In this document: positions 36,693-46,615 of the stretch, in pieces | Numbering within the stretch: position 1 is the first letter of the stretch | Layout: the number at the start of each line of letters is the position of its first letter | Source: a virus | DNA length: 64,000 nt | Reading direction: 5' to 3' (one strand) | Virus record (IMG/VR): IMGVR_UViG_3300034021_001440 | Span: 1-64,000 of that record | Made by a program: the position numbers and the translations under genes | The notes under the pieces: model-generated | Seen by the model: only the letters and a program-made list of their open reading frames with translations | What the model was told of the DNA's origin: nothing | The model's database searches: none

Positions 36693-37163
36693 ATGGCTTA
36701 TTCCTTCCCGCCTAGTCCAACGGTGGGACAAGTATATACCTCGAATGGTAGGACCTGGAAGTGGAACGGCGTCCAATGGACCGCAGTAGCCGTTTCCTCC
36801 CCGACCTCGGCACCGGTGTATGTAAGTGTCTCACCCCCGCCCAATCCCATTCAAGGTTCGCTGTGGTACGACAGTAATAACTCGAATCTGAATATCTGGT
36901 ACACTGATCTCAACGGGGGTCAGTGGGTATCGGTGGTGCCGTACCCTCAGGATAACATTACACAAAACGGCGGTGTATTTGAAGGGCCAATCTACGCTCA
37001 ATACGAAATTCCAAATAATCCTGCCGCGTTCATCACGGTGCAGTGGTTCGACGACCATCTTGTGGGATACCTCATTGAGGAAGGATACATGCGTGCCGGC
37101 AACGGCGTCACCATTGATTCCAATGGTCAAATTGTAGCATTAGACTCAGGACTTATCGTTTAG
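36693..37163 (+). CDS. fibre-associated structural protein
   Basis: FPPSPTVGQVY..NGRTWKWNG..W and GSLWYDS motifs. Confidence 0.7.
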   Translation: MAYSFPPSPTVGQVYTSNGRTWKWNGVQWTAVAVSSPTSAPVYVSVSPPPNPIQGSLWYDSNNSNLNIWYTDLNGGQWVSVVPYPQDNITQNGGVFEGPIYAQYEIPNNPAAFITVQWFDDHLVGYLIEEGYMRAGNGVTIDSNGQIVALDSGLIV

Positions 37164-37167
37164 AACC

Positions 37168-40100
37168 ATGACAGTAACCGTTCAAAACCTTCGCTCATTT
37201 GTTTCCGGCACCGAACCTGATTCACTGCTGCCCGGACAACTGTGCTACAATATGGCCGACCGCATCGTGTATGTCGGTGACGGGTCAAGTGATAAAACGA
37301 ACTTCGACGGCACCACGACTCCCGGCGTTGCCGGCAGTGGCTGGTTTGCCATGCCGATGGACTTTGACAGCCTCAAAGATTACTTTGTTGCCAACCCTAC
37401 TTTCTACGGAGACATTCCCACCGACGGTCAGGTCGTGTCTTGGAGCACGGCACTCAACCATCCCGTCTGGACCACTGGCGGTGGCGGTGGCGGTGGCCAA
37501 GTCTATACGACCACAAACGGCGCTGTGGCCGTGGCCGGTGGCGCAACAATCAGTGAAAAGATTTCGAATGCGATTGGTGTCGCGTCTCCCGACGAAGGCG
37601 ATGCCGTAATCGTTACAGGCACTCCTGGCGAGGTTTATCAGGGGCTGTATCTTTTCACAACCGAGTGGGTTCGGGCAGCCTACTACGCCTATCCGAACGC
37701 TTCGAGCGTCCCCTACAGCAACACCATCAGCGGTCTTTCGGCAATCACCGTTCAGCAAGGTATCGATGAGCTGGACGTTCTTGTCACCGCTGCCCAGTCG
37801 ACAGCAAACACCGCTGTAGCCAACGCTGCTGCTGCCCAGGCTCTGGCCAATGCCGCGCTGCCTCGTTCTGGCGGCACAATGACCGGCACGATCAACTTTG
37901 CCACTGGTCAGCTGTTCCCGGTCTCAGGCATCCAAGATTCCTCCTCCTCGCAAAAAGGCGTGGTTCAAGGGGGTGCCAACATGATCTACACCTCGGCGGG
38001 TGTGATCGACGTTCGCGCAGCGAGCACTACCAATCCCGGTGTAGTTCAACTCGTCAACTCCACAAGCAATACTTCAACCTCTCTGGCTCCGACCGCCGCT
38101 GCAGTTTCTGATTTGCAAGACCAGATCAATGGTCTGACCGTTGCTTCAAACGTCATTCTTGCCGGTACTTTGGATTGCGCCGCCGGTCTAGTTGACTCGG
38201 TGACTTCTGACGGTACAGCCGCTGGTTTTACAGTTGCCTCTCCCCTGCCTTCGGCTGTGGGTCGTGCTGACTACTATGTAATCGTTTCTGACGCTGGCTC
38301 CTACAACCCCCCTGGCGGCGGTGGCCCATACAACGCTCAAGCCGGTGACTGGTTCCTCTCAAACGGTGCGACTTGGCAGTATCTTGGTGTGGGTGCTCGT
38401 CCGACCTATGCAACCACGAGTGTTGCCGGTATCGTTCAACTTTCTGACAACGCTGCAACTCAGTCCGGTGCCAGTGCGATTCTGGCTGTCACACCGTCTA
38501 CTTTGCAAAGCAAAGTTTCTGACAGCGTTTCAACCACTTCCTCCACATTCATTGCTTCGAGCACGGCAGTCAAAGCCGCCTATGATCAGGGCGTTCTTGC
38601 CCAGACCTCCTCAATTCCCAAGACCACGGTTGCTACCAAAGGCAGCATCATCACCGCCAGCGCCGCAAACACCCCGGTCGGCCTCCCTGTGGGAGCAAAC
38701 GGGTACATCCTGGCCGCAAACTCGGCAACCGCCACTGGTCTGGAATGGGTCCCCGACAGCGCCGGAGACGTGACATCGGTCACAGGGACTGCTCCAATCA
38801 CAGTCAATAACTTCAACCCGCAGACTCCCATCGTTGGAATCAGCGCAGCAACCGGCGCTTCTCTCGGTGCGGTTCAAGTCGGAACCAACATCGACGTCTC
38901 TTCTGGCACAATCAGCGTCAAGAGTGCAACCACAGGACAAGCAGGCGTGGTTCAGCTGGAAGACACCACTTCCTCAACCTCTTCGGTTCTTGCCCTGACA
39001 GCCAACCAAGGCTATGTTCTGCAGCAGCAGATCAATGCCCTGGCAGTGAGCAACAACATCACTCTGGCTGGCACCATTGACGGCAACACTGGCTTCATGC
39101 TGACGGTGACAACCGAAGGAACGGCCAAAGGATTTGTAGTCGGCTCCCCGATGCCTGCCCCCGTGGCCGGAAACTCGGAGTATTTCACCATCGTCACGGT
39201 GCCAGGCACGATGACTCCTCCGGGCGGTTCGGCTCAGCTTGTGAACGACGGCGACTGGTGGCTCTCGAACGGCACAGCTTGGCAGTATCTCTCGGTGGGA
39301 TACTCTGCACCATACGCCACGACGGCAATCCCGGGGGTCGTCCAACTGGCAACCGATGCCGAGGTTCAGGCGGGAGTGGAAACTACCCACGCTGTGGTGC
39401 CTTCGGCTCTGCAAAGCAAGATGTCAGACTCGGCAACCACAACGTCAAGCACGACGATTGCTTCGAGTACGGCTGTCAAAACTGCCTATGACCTGGCTGA
39501 CGCTGCCATCCCTGACGCCACGATCACGGCAAAAGGTGATTTGATTGCAGGAACTGCATCTGCCGCCTATGCTGCCCTGCCTGTGGGAACTGCCGGTCAG
39601 TTCCTGTCAGTGAACGCTGCTTGCGCCACTGGACTGGAGTGGTGCACAATTTCTCTGGCTTGTGTGCCTTGCAGTGCATACACCGCCGTCGGTACGATCC
39701 TGGCCGGCACTGGTGCAGGCACCTATTGCTCGCTCCCCGTTGGAACAAACGGTCAGATTCTTGTTCCCAACTCTGCCTGCGCTGCTGGCGTTGAGTGGGT
39801 TACCCGTACCTCCCTCAATATTTGCGGATACACCTGCACAGCAACTCCATTCAATACCGCTCTTGGTGCCAATGCCGGTGATAGTATCATTTCAGGCACC
39901 AACAACACCAACGTCGGCTGGAACGCAGGTACAGCACTGACCATTGGTGGTGGTAACACCTTCGTGGGTTCTTGTGCTGGTGATTCCGCTATCACAGCTG
40001 ATAACTCAGTCGCTGTTGGCCTCAGTGCTCTGACTAGCGCTGTTACCGCGAACGGAACTGTCGCCATTGGCTCCGGTGCCCTTGCCTCTATGACATCAGG

Positions 40101-42387
40101 TGCCGGAAACGTCGGCATTGGTTATCAGGCTCTTGACACGCTTATTACAGGTGGATGCAACACTGCTGTTGGATTCCAAACCGGAACGAACGTCGCCACC
40201 AACGTTAGTGGAAACACCCTGATTGGTTATCAGGCTGGACTCAACACCTCCACTGGCGGTCAGAACACCTTCGTTGGTAACGCAGCTGGTTCCTCTGTGA
40301 CCACTGGCGCCAACAACACCATCCTTGGTAACTACGTTGGAACTGCTGCTCTTACAAGCAACGTGGTTCTGTCTGACGGTGCCGGAAACCGACGGTTCCA
40401 GGCCAACTCTTCTGGTGCTTGGTCCTATGACGGCACCAGCTTTGGTACTTCGGGTCAGTTTCTGGCTTCCCAAGGTTCCGGGTCGACTCCTGTCTGGTGC
40501 ACTCTGTCTCTTGCTTGCATCCCTTGCTCCGCCTTTACTGCTGCTGGACAACTTCTGGCAGGAACCGGTTCAAGCACCTTCACGGCTTTCACGGTCGGTA
40601 CGAATGGTCAGTTCCTTTCGGCAAATTCGGCTTGTTCTGCAGGGCTCGAGTGGTGCACCCTGTCTTTGGCTTGCGTACCTTGTTCTGCCTTTACCGCTGC
40701 TGGCCAGCTATTGGCTGGTACTGGTACAAGTACCTTCGCTGCTCTCACAGTTGGTAGCAACAACCAAATCCTGGTTGCCGACAGCGCTTGCACTGGTGGT
40801 TTGAAGTGGTTTACGTCTCCAGGCGCATTCTTCTGCGGGTACACCTGCACAGCATCACCTTTCAATACCGCAATCGGCGCTAACGCTGGTGACAGTATCA
40901 CTTCTGGCACTGACAACGTGACCCTTGGCTACAACGCTGGCACCGCGATTACGACAGGCAGTCAGAATGTTGTTATTGGCAGTGGAGCAGCTGTATCCTC
41001 AAACTCCGTTGGCGTAGTTACCATCGGATTCTGTTCCGGTCAAGCATTGACTACGGCCGGATGCGTTACCCACATCGGCTTTATCTCTGGTCGCAATTCT
41101 ACCGGCCCAAGCAACACTTACGTGGGTGCTCTGACCGGTTGTGCCGCTTCGAATACTTCTGCCTGTGGCACCTTACTCGGCTTCTGTGCTGGTTCGGCGC
41201 TAACGACCGGCAACGGTAACATTTTCGTTGGTTTCCAGTCAGGCCGTAATGTAAATAGCGGCGCCAACAACGTTGCCATCGGTACTGCTGCCTTCCAGAC
41301 TGCAACCACAGCTACTAACAACGTCGCTGTTGGTTGTGGCGCTCTGTCAGGTCTCTCCACTTCCTCAGGTAACACCGCTCTGGGTCACCGTGCGATGCTC
41401 AATGCTTCGACGGCGGCGAACAACGTTGCGATTGGTTGCAACGCAGGTGAACAACTCTCAACCGGATCGAACAACGTTTTAATCGGGGACAGCGCCGGAG
41501 ACACAATTACAACGGGTACTCAAAACACCTTCGTCGGTTCTGGCTCTGGTGGTTTGGTTGCTACTACCTCAGAGGGCAACACGGGCCTTGGTTTCAGTGC
41601 CTTGGGTCAAGGTGTTACGTCGGGTGCTTACAACGTTGCTATCGGCAACAGCGCTGGCTTGTCAGTGACTTCCGGTGCCCTTAATACTCTTGTCGGCTAC
41701 ACTGCTGGCCAGGCCATCACAACTGGCGGTAGCAACACACTGGTGGGTCGTTACGTCGGTACATCTACGCTGTCTAACAACGTCGTTCTATCCGACGGTG
41801 CTGGCGCCATTCGCTTCCAGTCCAACTCTTCAGGCGCTATCAGCCTGGGCGCTGGCGGCGCTTACGGTACGGCGGGTCAGATTCTCGTCTCCAATGGTTC
41901 TGGTGCTGCACCCACTTGGACCAGCTCTGGCACAGCTTCTGCCAACTACGGATCTTTTGTTCGCACAACAACTCAAACAAACGCAGGTGGTGCCAGCGGT
42001 AACGCAGTTTCGTACGACACCACAAGTTCGGCAAATAACTTCTCGATTGTGAGTGGGTCTCGGATCACGGCGGCGGTGGCTGGAACCTACCAGATTTTGG
42101 CCAGTTTGCAGGTTCAAAAAACGGATGCTGGCACAGATGATGTCAACTTCTGGGTCAAAAAGAACGGTGTCAACGAACCGAACTCCGCTTACAACCTGAC
42201 TCTCCAAGGAAGCAACGCTGCGCAACTCGGTTACATCAACTGGGTGGTTACTCTGGCCGCTGGTGATTATGTGGAACTGTGGTGGTACTCCGCTGACGCT
42301 AATGCTCGTCTTCTGGCCGACCCCGCTGTTGCCCCCTACCCTGCTGTGCCCGCTTCAGGGTTCATTATTCACCCGATGGGCGCCTAA
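37168..42387 (+). CDS. long tail fibre with duplicated modules, Cys-rich repeats, YadA-like NxAxG repeats and C1q/BclA-like tip (1739 aa)
   Basis: GVVQL fibre repeats, NTAxG repeats, C-terminal beta-sandwich. Confidence 0.85.
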   Translation: MTVTVQNLRSFVSGTEPDSLLPGQLCYNMADRIVYVGDGSSDKTNFDGTTTPGVAGSGWFAMPMDFDSLKDYFVANPTFYGDIPTDGQVVSWSTALNHPVWTTGGGGGGGQVYTTTNGAVAVAGGATISEKISNAIGVASPDEGDAVIVTGTPGEVYQGLYLFTTEWVRAAYYAYPNASSVPYSNTISGLSAITVQQGIDELDVLVTAAQSTANTAVANAAAAQALANAALPRSGGTMTGTINFATGQLFPVSGIQDSSSSQKGVVQGGANMIYTSAGVIDVRAASTTNPGVVQLVNSTSNTSTSLAPTAAAVSDLQDQINGLTVASNVILAGTLDCAAGLVDSVTSDGTAAGFTVASPLPSAVGRADYYVIVSDAGSYNPPGGGGPYNAQAGDWFLSNGATWQYLGVGARPTYATTSVAGIVQLSDNAATQSGASAILAVTPSTLQSKVSDSVSTTSSTFIASSTAVKAAYDQGVLAQTSSIPKTTVATKGSIITASAANTPVGLPVGANGYILAANSATATGLEWVPDSAGDVTSVTGTAPITVNNFNPQTPIVGISAATGASLGAVQVGTNIDVSSGTISVKSATTGQAGVVQLEDTTSSTSSVLALTANQGYVLQQQINALAVSNNITLAGTIDGNTGFMLTVTTEGTAKGFVVGSPMPAPVAGNSEYFTIVTVPGTMTPPGGSAQLVNDGDWWLSNGTAWQYLSVGYSAPYATTAIPGVVQLATDAEVQAGVETTHAVVPSALQSKMSDSATTTSSTTIASSTAVKTAYDLADAAIPDATITAKGDLIAGTASAAYAALPVGTAGQFLSVNAACATGLEWCTISLACVPCSAYTAVGTILAGTGAGTYCSLPVGTNGQILVPNSACAAGVEWVTRTSLNICGYTCTATPFNTALGANAGDSIISGTNNTNVGWNAGTALTIGGGNTFVGSCAGDSAITADNSVAVGLSALTSAVTANGTVAIGSGALASMTSGAGNVGIGYQALDTLITGGCNTAVGFQTGTNVATNVSGNTLIGYQAGLNTSTGGQNTFVGNAAGSSVTTGANNTILGNYVGTAALTSNVVLSDGAGNRRFQANSSGAWSYDGTSFGTSGQFLASQGSGSTPVWCTLSLACIPCSAFTAAGQLLAGTGSSTFTAFTVGTNGQFLSANSACSAGLEWCTLSLACVPCSAFTAAGQLLAGTGTSTFAALTVGSNNQILVADSACTGGLKWFTSPGAFFCGYTCTASPFNTAIGANAGDSITSGTDNVTLGYNAGTAITTGSQNVVIGSGAAVSSNSVGVVTIGFCSGQALTTAGCVTHIGFISGRNSTGPSNTYVGALTGCAASNTSACGTLLGFCAGSALTTGNGNIFVGFQSGRNVNSGANNVAIGTAAFQTATTATNNVAVGCGALSGLSTSSGNTALGHRAMLNASTAANNVAIGCNAGEQLSTGSNNVLIGDSAGDTITTGTQNTFVGSGSGGLVATTSEGNTGLGFSALGQGVTSGAYNVAIGNSAGLSVTSGALNTLVGYTAGQAITTGGSNTLVGRYVGTSTLSNNVVLSDGAGAIRFQSNSSGAISLGAGGAYGTAGQILVSNGSGAAPTWTSSGTASANYGSFVRTTTQTNAGGASGNAVSYDTTSSANNFSIVSGSRITAAVAGTYQILASLQVQKTDAGTDDVNFWVKKNGVNEPNSAYNLTLQGSNAAQLGYINWVVTLAAGDYVELWWYSADANARLLADPAVAPYPAVPASGFIIHPMGA

Positions 42388-42398
42388 CTCGTCTCACT

Positions 42399-42424
42399 GG
42401 GCACCTTCGGGTGCCCTTTGTTTT
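42399..42424 (+). terminator. intrinsic terminator
   Basis: GGGCACC-TTCG-GGTGCCC followed by TTTGTTTT. Confidence 0.9.
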
Positions 42425-42437
42425 GCTTTACAGAACC

Positions 42438-42445
42438 GGGTAAAA
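42438..42445 (+). promoter_or_regulatory. putative late promoter GGGTAAAA
   Basis: after the terminator, 28 nt before ATG 42466. Confidence 0.75.
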
Positions 42446-42465
42446 CCACACAGGAGGATAACCGA

Positions 42466-43689
42466 ATGGAACTGAACACTATTACGCGAATCGAGCAGTA
42501 CATGTGCGACGCCCTGATCGCCAGCCCACTGATTCCGATTAGCGTCAATGTGTTGCGCCTTGCTGACGCTATCACCAACGAGGGTGTTGTCCAGCAAACA
42601 AACAACATCGTCGTGCGCTACACAGGGTCAACCAACTCGGTTGTCAACAAAATTCCGATGGTTTTCACTCGAACGATGACGTTTGAGCTGAACTTTTCCT
42701 GCCAGAACTATTTGACCTCTTCCGGTCACGACTTTGCCACGCAGCTTCTGACCGGTGCCTTCAACACCCTGAATGGTGGTGTGCCGGGCAATGCCGGAGT
42801 TCAAGTGATTGAACCTTTCACTTGCAGCAGTGAAACTTTTACAGGAATCTCAGAAGAATCTCAATATACCTACACTCAAATCTACAGCCTCCTCATCGAG
42901 GAAGCCCTCCCGTATGTCGCCCTTGATCCGTGCGTTCAGCGGGGCGATTGCCGAGCCATCTGGCCTGGTCAAAACGTCGAAACCAAGCTGCCCCTCGGTG
43001 GTGTTGTTGATGAGGCTTCTGGAGAGATCTACGTTCCGGCATACACCGGGGATCTGGAACCGGGCGAAGACTATGACAAGTGCTGTGGTATTCGATGGAG
43101 CAACGAGTTTGGTCAAAACGGTGACTGGGTGTTTATCACTGATCCAGACACAATCTTTCTTGAAGATCCGTTGGGCCAACCCATTTACCTCCTTCCCACC
43201 AACAGCTATACTGAAGATGGGCGCCTCGTGGTCACCGTTTGGGACGCAGAAACTCGAGAGCCAATCCGAGAAGTTTTCTATTGTGGCACTGGCAAAAAGT
43301 TGGCACGTTATGCCATCGAGCTGTGGCGCAATGTGATTTCTGACGACGGCGGAATCAGCCCCAAGGCACGACTGGACGCCAAATGGTTCCAGAACATCAA
43401 CTGGGGTGAGTTTGCCGTTGTCACTGGCGGGTATCAATTCTTATACACCGACCCGCTGCTGCCAGACGCCCCCGTGGTGTCCATTGACGGTGGCGAACTG
43501 ATTGGCGTTCAAATGGAAACTTTCATTCAAACTGCGAAAGGAAGGTTCTATTATGTGGGTCAATCACCCAAAGGTCGTGGTTGGATGCTTGACGGCACAT
43601 TCGTGACAGCAGAAGTCACTCAACTCTGGCGCCTCGGTTGCCCTCCTTGCACAGCTGACTCAGGTCCCATTTGCTCTCCCCCACTATGA
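42466..43689 (+). CDS. structural protein; N-terminal part possibly tail terminator / completion-like
   Basis: AGGAGG RBS before ATG 42466; function inferred weakly from pattern and context. Confidence 0.6.
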   Translation: MELNTITRIEQYMCDALIASPLIPISVNVLRLADAITNEGVVQQTNNIVVRYTGSTNSVVNKIPMVFTRTMTFELNFSCQNYLTSSGHDFATQLLTGAFNTLNGGVPGNAGVQVIEPFTCSSETFTGISEESQYTYTQIYSLLIEEALPYVALDPCVQRGDCRAIWPGQNVETKLPLGGVVDEASGEIYVPAYTGDLEPGEDYDKCCGIRWSNEFGQNGDWVFITDPDTIFLEDPLGQPIYLLPTNSYTEDGRLVVTVWDAETREPIREVFYCGTGKKLARYAIELWRNVISDDGGISPKARLDAKWFQNINWGEFAVVTGGYQFLYTDPLLPDAPVVSIDGGELIGVQMETFIQTAKGRFYYVGQSPKGRGWMLDGTFVTAEVTQLWRLGCPPCTADSGPICSPPL

Positions 43690-43841
43690 AACCGGCTGCA
43701 GAACTCTGGCGGCAATACCATGCCGCAGCAAACTCGGGGCAACAGGCGCTTGCCAATCAACTTCTCAGGGCACTTCAACAGTACAAAGGAAACCCGCCGC
43801 GTCCCGCAGGATGCACCAAATGTCGTAGGAGTCTACACTAA
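43686..43841 (+). CDS. small hypothetical protein (51 aa, C-terminal CxxC)
   Basis: MKPAAELWRQYHAAA...GCTKCRRSLH; ATGA overlap; not in the ORF track. Confidence 0.55.
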   Translation: MKPAAELWRQYHAAANSGQQALANQLLRALQQYKGNPPRPAGCTKCRRSLH

Positions 43842-43842
43842 A

Positions 43843-43869
43843 TTTACTTTTGGTGAAAACCGATATAAT
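43843..43869 (+). promoter_or_regulatory. class II promoter TTTACT-N15-TATAAT
   Basis: ATG 7 nt after the -10 box. Confidence 0.55.
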
Positions 43870-43875
43870 AAACAA

Positions 43876-44547
43876 ATGAAAAATTTTTACACCTACGCCT
43901 TTTTGCGAGAAGACGGCACTCCATACTACATCGGAAAAGGTTCTGGAAAACGGGCCTATGCTAAAACAGGAAGGCCGTGCGGTTTCCCGAAAGATAGGTC
44001 TCGCATCCTCATACTGAAAAAAGACTTGACAGAACGGGAAGCTTTTCAGCACGAGGAATATTTAATTTTTGTGCTCGGAAGAAAAGACCTTGGCACGGGA
44101 ATTCTTCACAACAAAACCAACGGAGGTGAGGGTGCTTCCGGAAGGATCGTTAGTGTAGAGATTCGGAGAAAAATCAGTCAAAAACAAATTGGAAAACGAA
44201 TGTCTTTGACTTCGAGGAGAAGGATGAGTGCTGCTCAAAGAGGCAATCGGAATGCATGTGGAACTCGGACAGAGGAACAGAGGCGAAATAACAGTAATGC
44301 GCAAAAAGGGAAAAAGTTATCCGAGGCACACAAAAGGAAGACCAGTGAAACTCTCACTGGCAAGTCAAAAACAAAAATACACAGAGATAGGATTGGTCAA
44401 AGCAAGAAAGGAAATCAGTATGCAAAAGGCAGAAAGCACTGGGTGAATGAAAAGGGAGAAAGACGTTTTCAAGCAGAGTGCCCTGGACCCGATTTTCAAC
44501 GGGGCATAGTTTGGAGTTCGCAGGGTAAAACCAGGAATATGCACTAA
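43876..44547 (+). mobile_element. free-standing GIY-YIG homing endonuclease with NUMOD3-like repeats
   Basis: FYTY...PYYIGKG...R, E..E..LI, ILHNKTNGGEG, GKKLSEAHKRK; AT-rich; flanked by CACTAAAT direct repeats. Confidence 0.85.
44523..44530 (+). promoter_or_regulatory. putative late promoter GGGTAAAA
   Basis: 30 nt before ATG 44553. Confidence 0.65.
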
Positions 44548-44552
44548 ATGCC

Positions 44553-44831
44553 ATGTCTAAGGAGAAGGACACAATAATCCAACAGAAAGAGTTTCTCGCC
44601 AATGAAGCCCTACGAGTAGCCAATGAAGCCATCGGAATGCTGCAAGATCAACTGGCCGAGTGTTCCACACGGGATCTGGTTCAAATCTTCTCCGCCTCCG
44701 TGAAAGCTCACCGGGAAATCACCGAGGACATTGTGGTTCTCACTGCCAAAGAACCTCCTGCTGAAGAGCAACTGGCACGGGAATATGATGGCAAGGTTGG
44801 AGAACTTCTCAAAAGAATTAGTGACTTCTGA
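44553..44831 (+). CDS. probable terminase small subunit
   Basis: helical 92-aa ORF coupled (TGATG) to terL. Confidence 0.5.
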   Translation: MSKEKDTIIQQKEFLANEALRVANEAIGMLQDQLAECSTRDLVQIFSASVKAHREITEDIVVLTAKEPPAEEQLAREYDGKVGELLKRISDF

Positions 44832-46582
44832 TGCGTCCAATCCTCACGAAGGCAAAACTGCTCGAAGAGCATAGCACTTGGAGAAAATACATCCGAGGAA
44901 TGAAAGAATTGATGCTGCTTGAGGCGCCTCAATCTGTGATTGATGACTTCCGATACCAGGCAGCACGAAACTGTTTTTTGGCATTTGCCGACATCATGAA
45001 GAAAGGTGACCTCAAAGTGGTTGCCTTTCACGAAATTATTGCATCTGCGTTCGAAGATCTGGCAAACAAGCGCTATCGCCGTCTGATTGTTTCGTGCCCT
45101 CCGCGTTCGGGCAAGTCGATGCTTGCGTCGATGTTTGTAGCGTGGCTGCTTGGTCGAGACCAGCAAACACAGCACATCATTGCGTCATACGGTCAGCAAC
45201 TTTCCAACAAGTTCTTTCGCGACGCCATTCAGATGCTCAAGCATCCAGAGTTTCGAAAGATTTTTCCGGATTGGAAAGGTTTTGCTCCCGACTCCAAATA
45301 CGACATGCTTGGCGGAGGATACATTCTTCCAACCTCCGTTGGCGGTGTGCTGACTGGTTTCACTTCTGGAACGACCAACCTAACGAGCCCTGGCGTGGGC
45401 TCCATGATCATTGACGACCCGCTCAAGGACTCCACCTCGAAAGCTGCTTTGGAAGAGCTGGAGTCATGGTGGGGGGAACAGGCATCCACCCGGCGCACCA
45501 ACAATTGGTGTCAGCTAGTGATTGCTACACGATTTCATGAAAGGGACTTGCACGGGGTGCTGCTGGAAGCGGACGGGGTCTATGACGAGGAAGAGAACCC
45601 GATGGGTTGGCGCTGGGTCAATATCGCAGGCATCATTGAGACTCCGGAGCAGGCCGACGAGGACCCACTGGAGCGAGAGCTGGGAGAAACGCACTGGCCA
45701 AGCAACACTGCGTTCACCGTGGATATGCTCATGGCACAGAAAAAGACCATGGGTTCTTTTGCCTTCTCTGCTCTGTATCAGGGCAACCCGGTGGCTGCCG
45801 AGGGTCAGATCATCAAAGACAGCTGGATTAATCGCATCAACCTTTCAGAGTGTCCAAACTTTGACCTGACTTGGCTCTCAGTTGACTGTGCTTTTTCGGA
45901 AAAAGAAATGGCTGACGAGACAGCAATCTGTGTCGCTTCCATCTCTCACCAGCACCCTGGCCTTGTATATGTTCGAGAAATGATCACGGGCAGACTGGGA
46001 TTCCCAGACTTGATTGCAAAGGTCAAACACTTGTATGCTTTCTATGGTGCCCGTGTTCTGTGCATTGAGAAAGCTGCCTCGGGACAGTCCCTGATTCAGA
46101 TGCTGAAGAAAGAAGCTCGGATTCCGATTGAAGAGATGAAGCCGCTGAAGTCAAAGACGATTCGTCTTCAAGCGGTGGCCCCTTTGATGGAGTTTGCTCG
46201 GGTGAAGTTCGTGGAGGGCGAGTGGATTGACTCGTTTGTGAAAGAACTGACCACGTTTCCTTTCGTCAAGCACGATGACCGAACTGACGCCTTCACCTGG
46301 GCTCTGACTTATTATTCGATGAAGTTAGACAAAGTAGACAAAGGATTGCAAGATAGCATTTTGCAAAACAAACGTTTCTACGGCGACCTCACTCGTCCAG
46401 GATTTGGTGACCGAAACGTTTTCTCAAACTTGTCTCGTGGGCGTTTGCGTTTGTTTCCTGCCGATAACGCCTATAATGACCCGGACTATGATGCCGTCTC
46501 TGGCGAAGCAGACAGTCGATCCGCCTTTTTGAGAGGCATTCGAGGAGCAAATCGAAACATTGGTTGGGACACTGATTTGTGA
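44831..46582 (+). CDS. terL: terminase large subunit
   Basis: Walker A PPRSGKS, Walker B MIIDDP, TRFHERDL, ALYQGNP, nuclease VDCA, IEKAASG, HDDRTDA. Confidence 0.95.
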   Translation: MRPILTKAKLLEEHSTWRKYIRGMKELMLLEAPQSVIDDFRYQAARNCFLAFADIMKKGDLKVVAFHEIIASAFEDLANKRYRRLIVSCPPRSGKSMLASMFVAWLLGRDQQTQHIIASYGQQLSNKFFRDAIQMLKHPEFRKIFPDWKGFAPDSKYDMLGGGYILPTSVGGVLTGFTSGTTNLTSPGVGSMIIDDPLKDSTSKAALEELESWWGEQASTRRTNNWCQLVIATRFHERDLHGVLLEADGVYDEEENPMGWRWVNIAGIIETPEQADEDPLERELGETHWPSNTAFTVDMLMAQKKTMGSFAFSALYQGNPVAAEGQIIKDSWINRINLSECPNFDLTWLSVDCAFSEKEMADETAICVASISHQHPGLVYVREMITGRLGFPDLIAKVKHLYAFYGARVLCIEKAASGQSLIQMLKKEARIPIEEMKPLKSKTIRLQAVAPLMEFARVKFVEGEWIDSFVKELTTFPFVKHDDRTDAFTWALTYYSMKLDKVDKGLQDSILQNKRFYGDLTRPGFGDRNVFSNLSRGRLRLFPADNAYNDPDYDAVSGEADSRSAFLRGIRGANRNIGWDTDL

Positions 46583-46610
46583 TTTACATTTGGGGGGACA
46601 AAGGTAAAAT
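46583..46610 (+). promoter_or_regulatory. class II promoter TTTACA-N16-TAAAAT
   Basis: ATG 46616 six nt after the -10 box. Confidence 0.55.
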
Positions 46611-46615
46611 AAATC

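Noticed and set aside
43720-43875. N-terminal extension of the GIY-YIG ORF
   Set aside because: It overlaps a coupled 51-aa ORF and a promoter; ATG 43876 directly precedes the FYTY motif.
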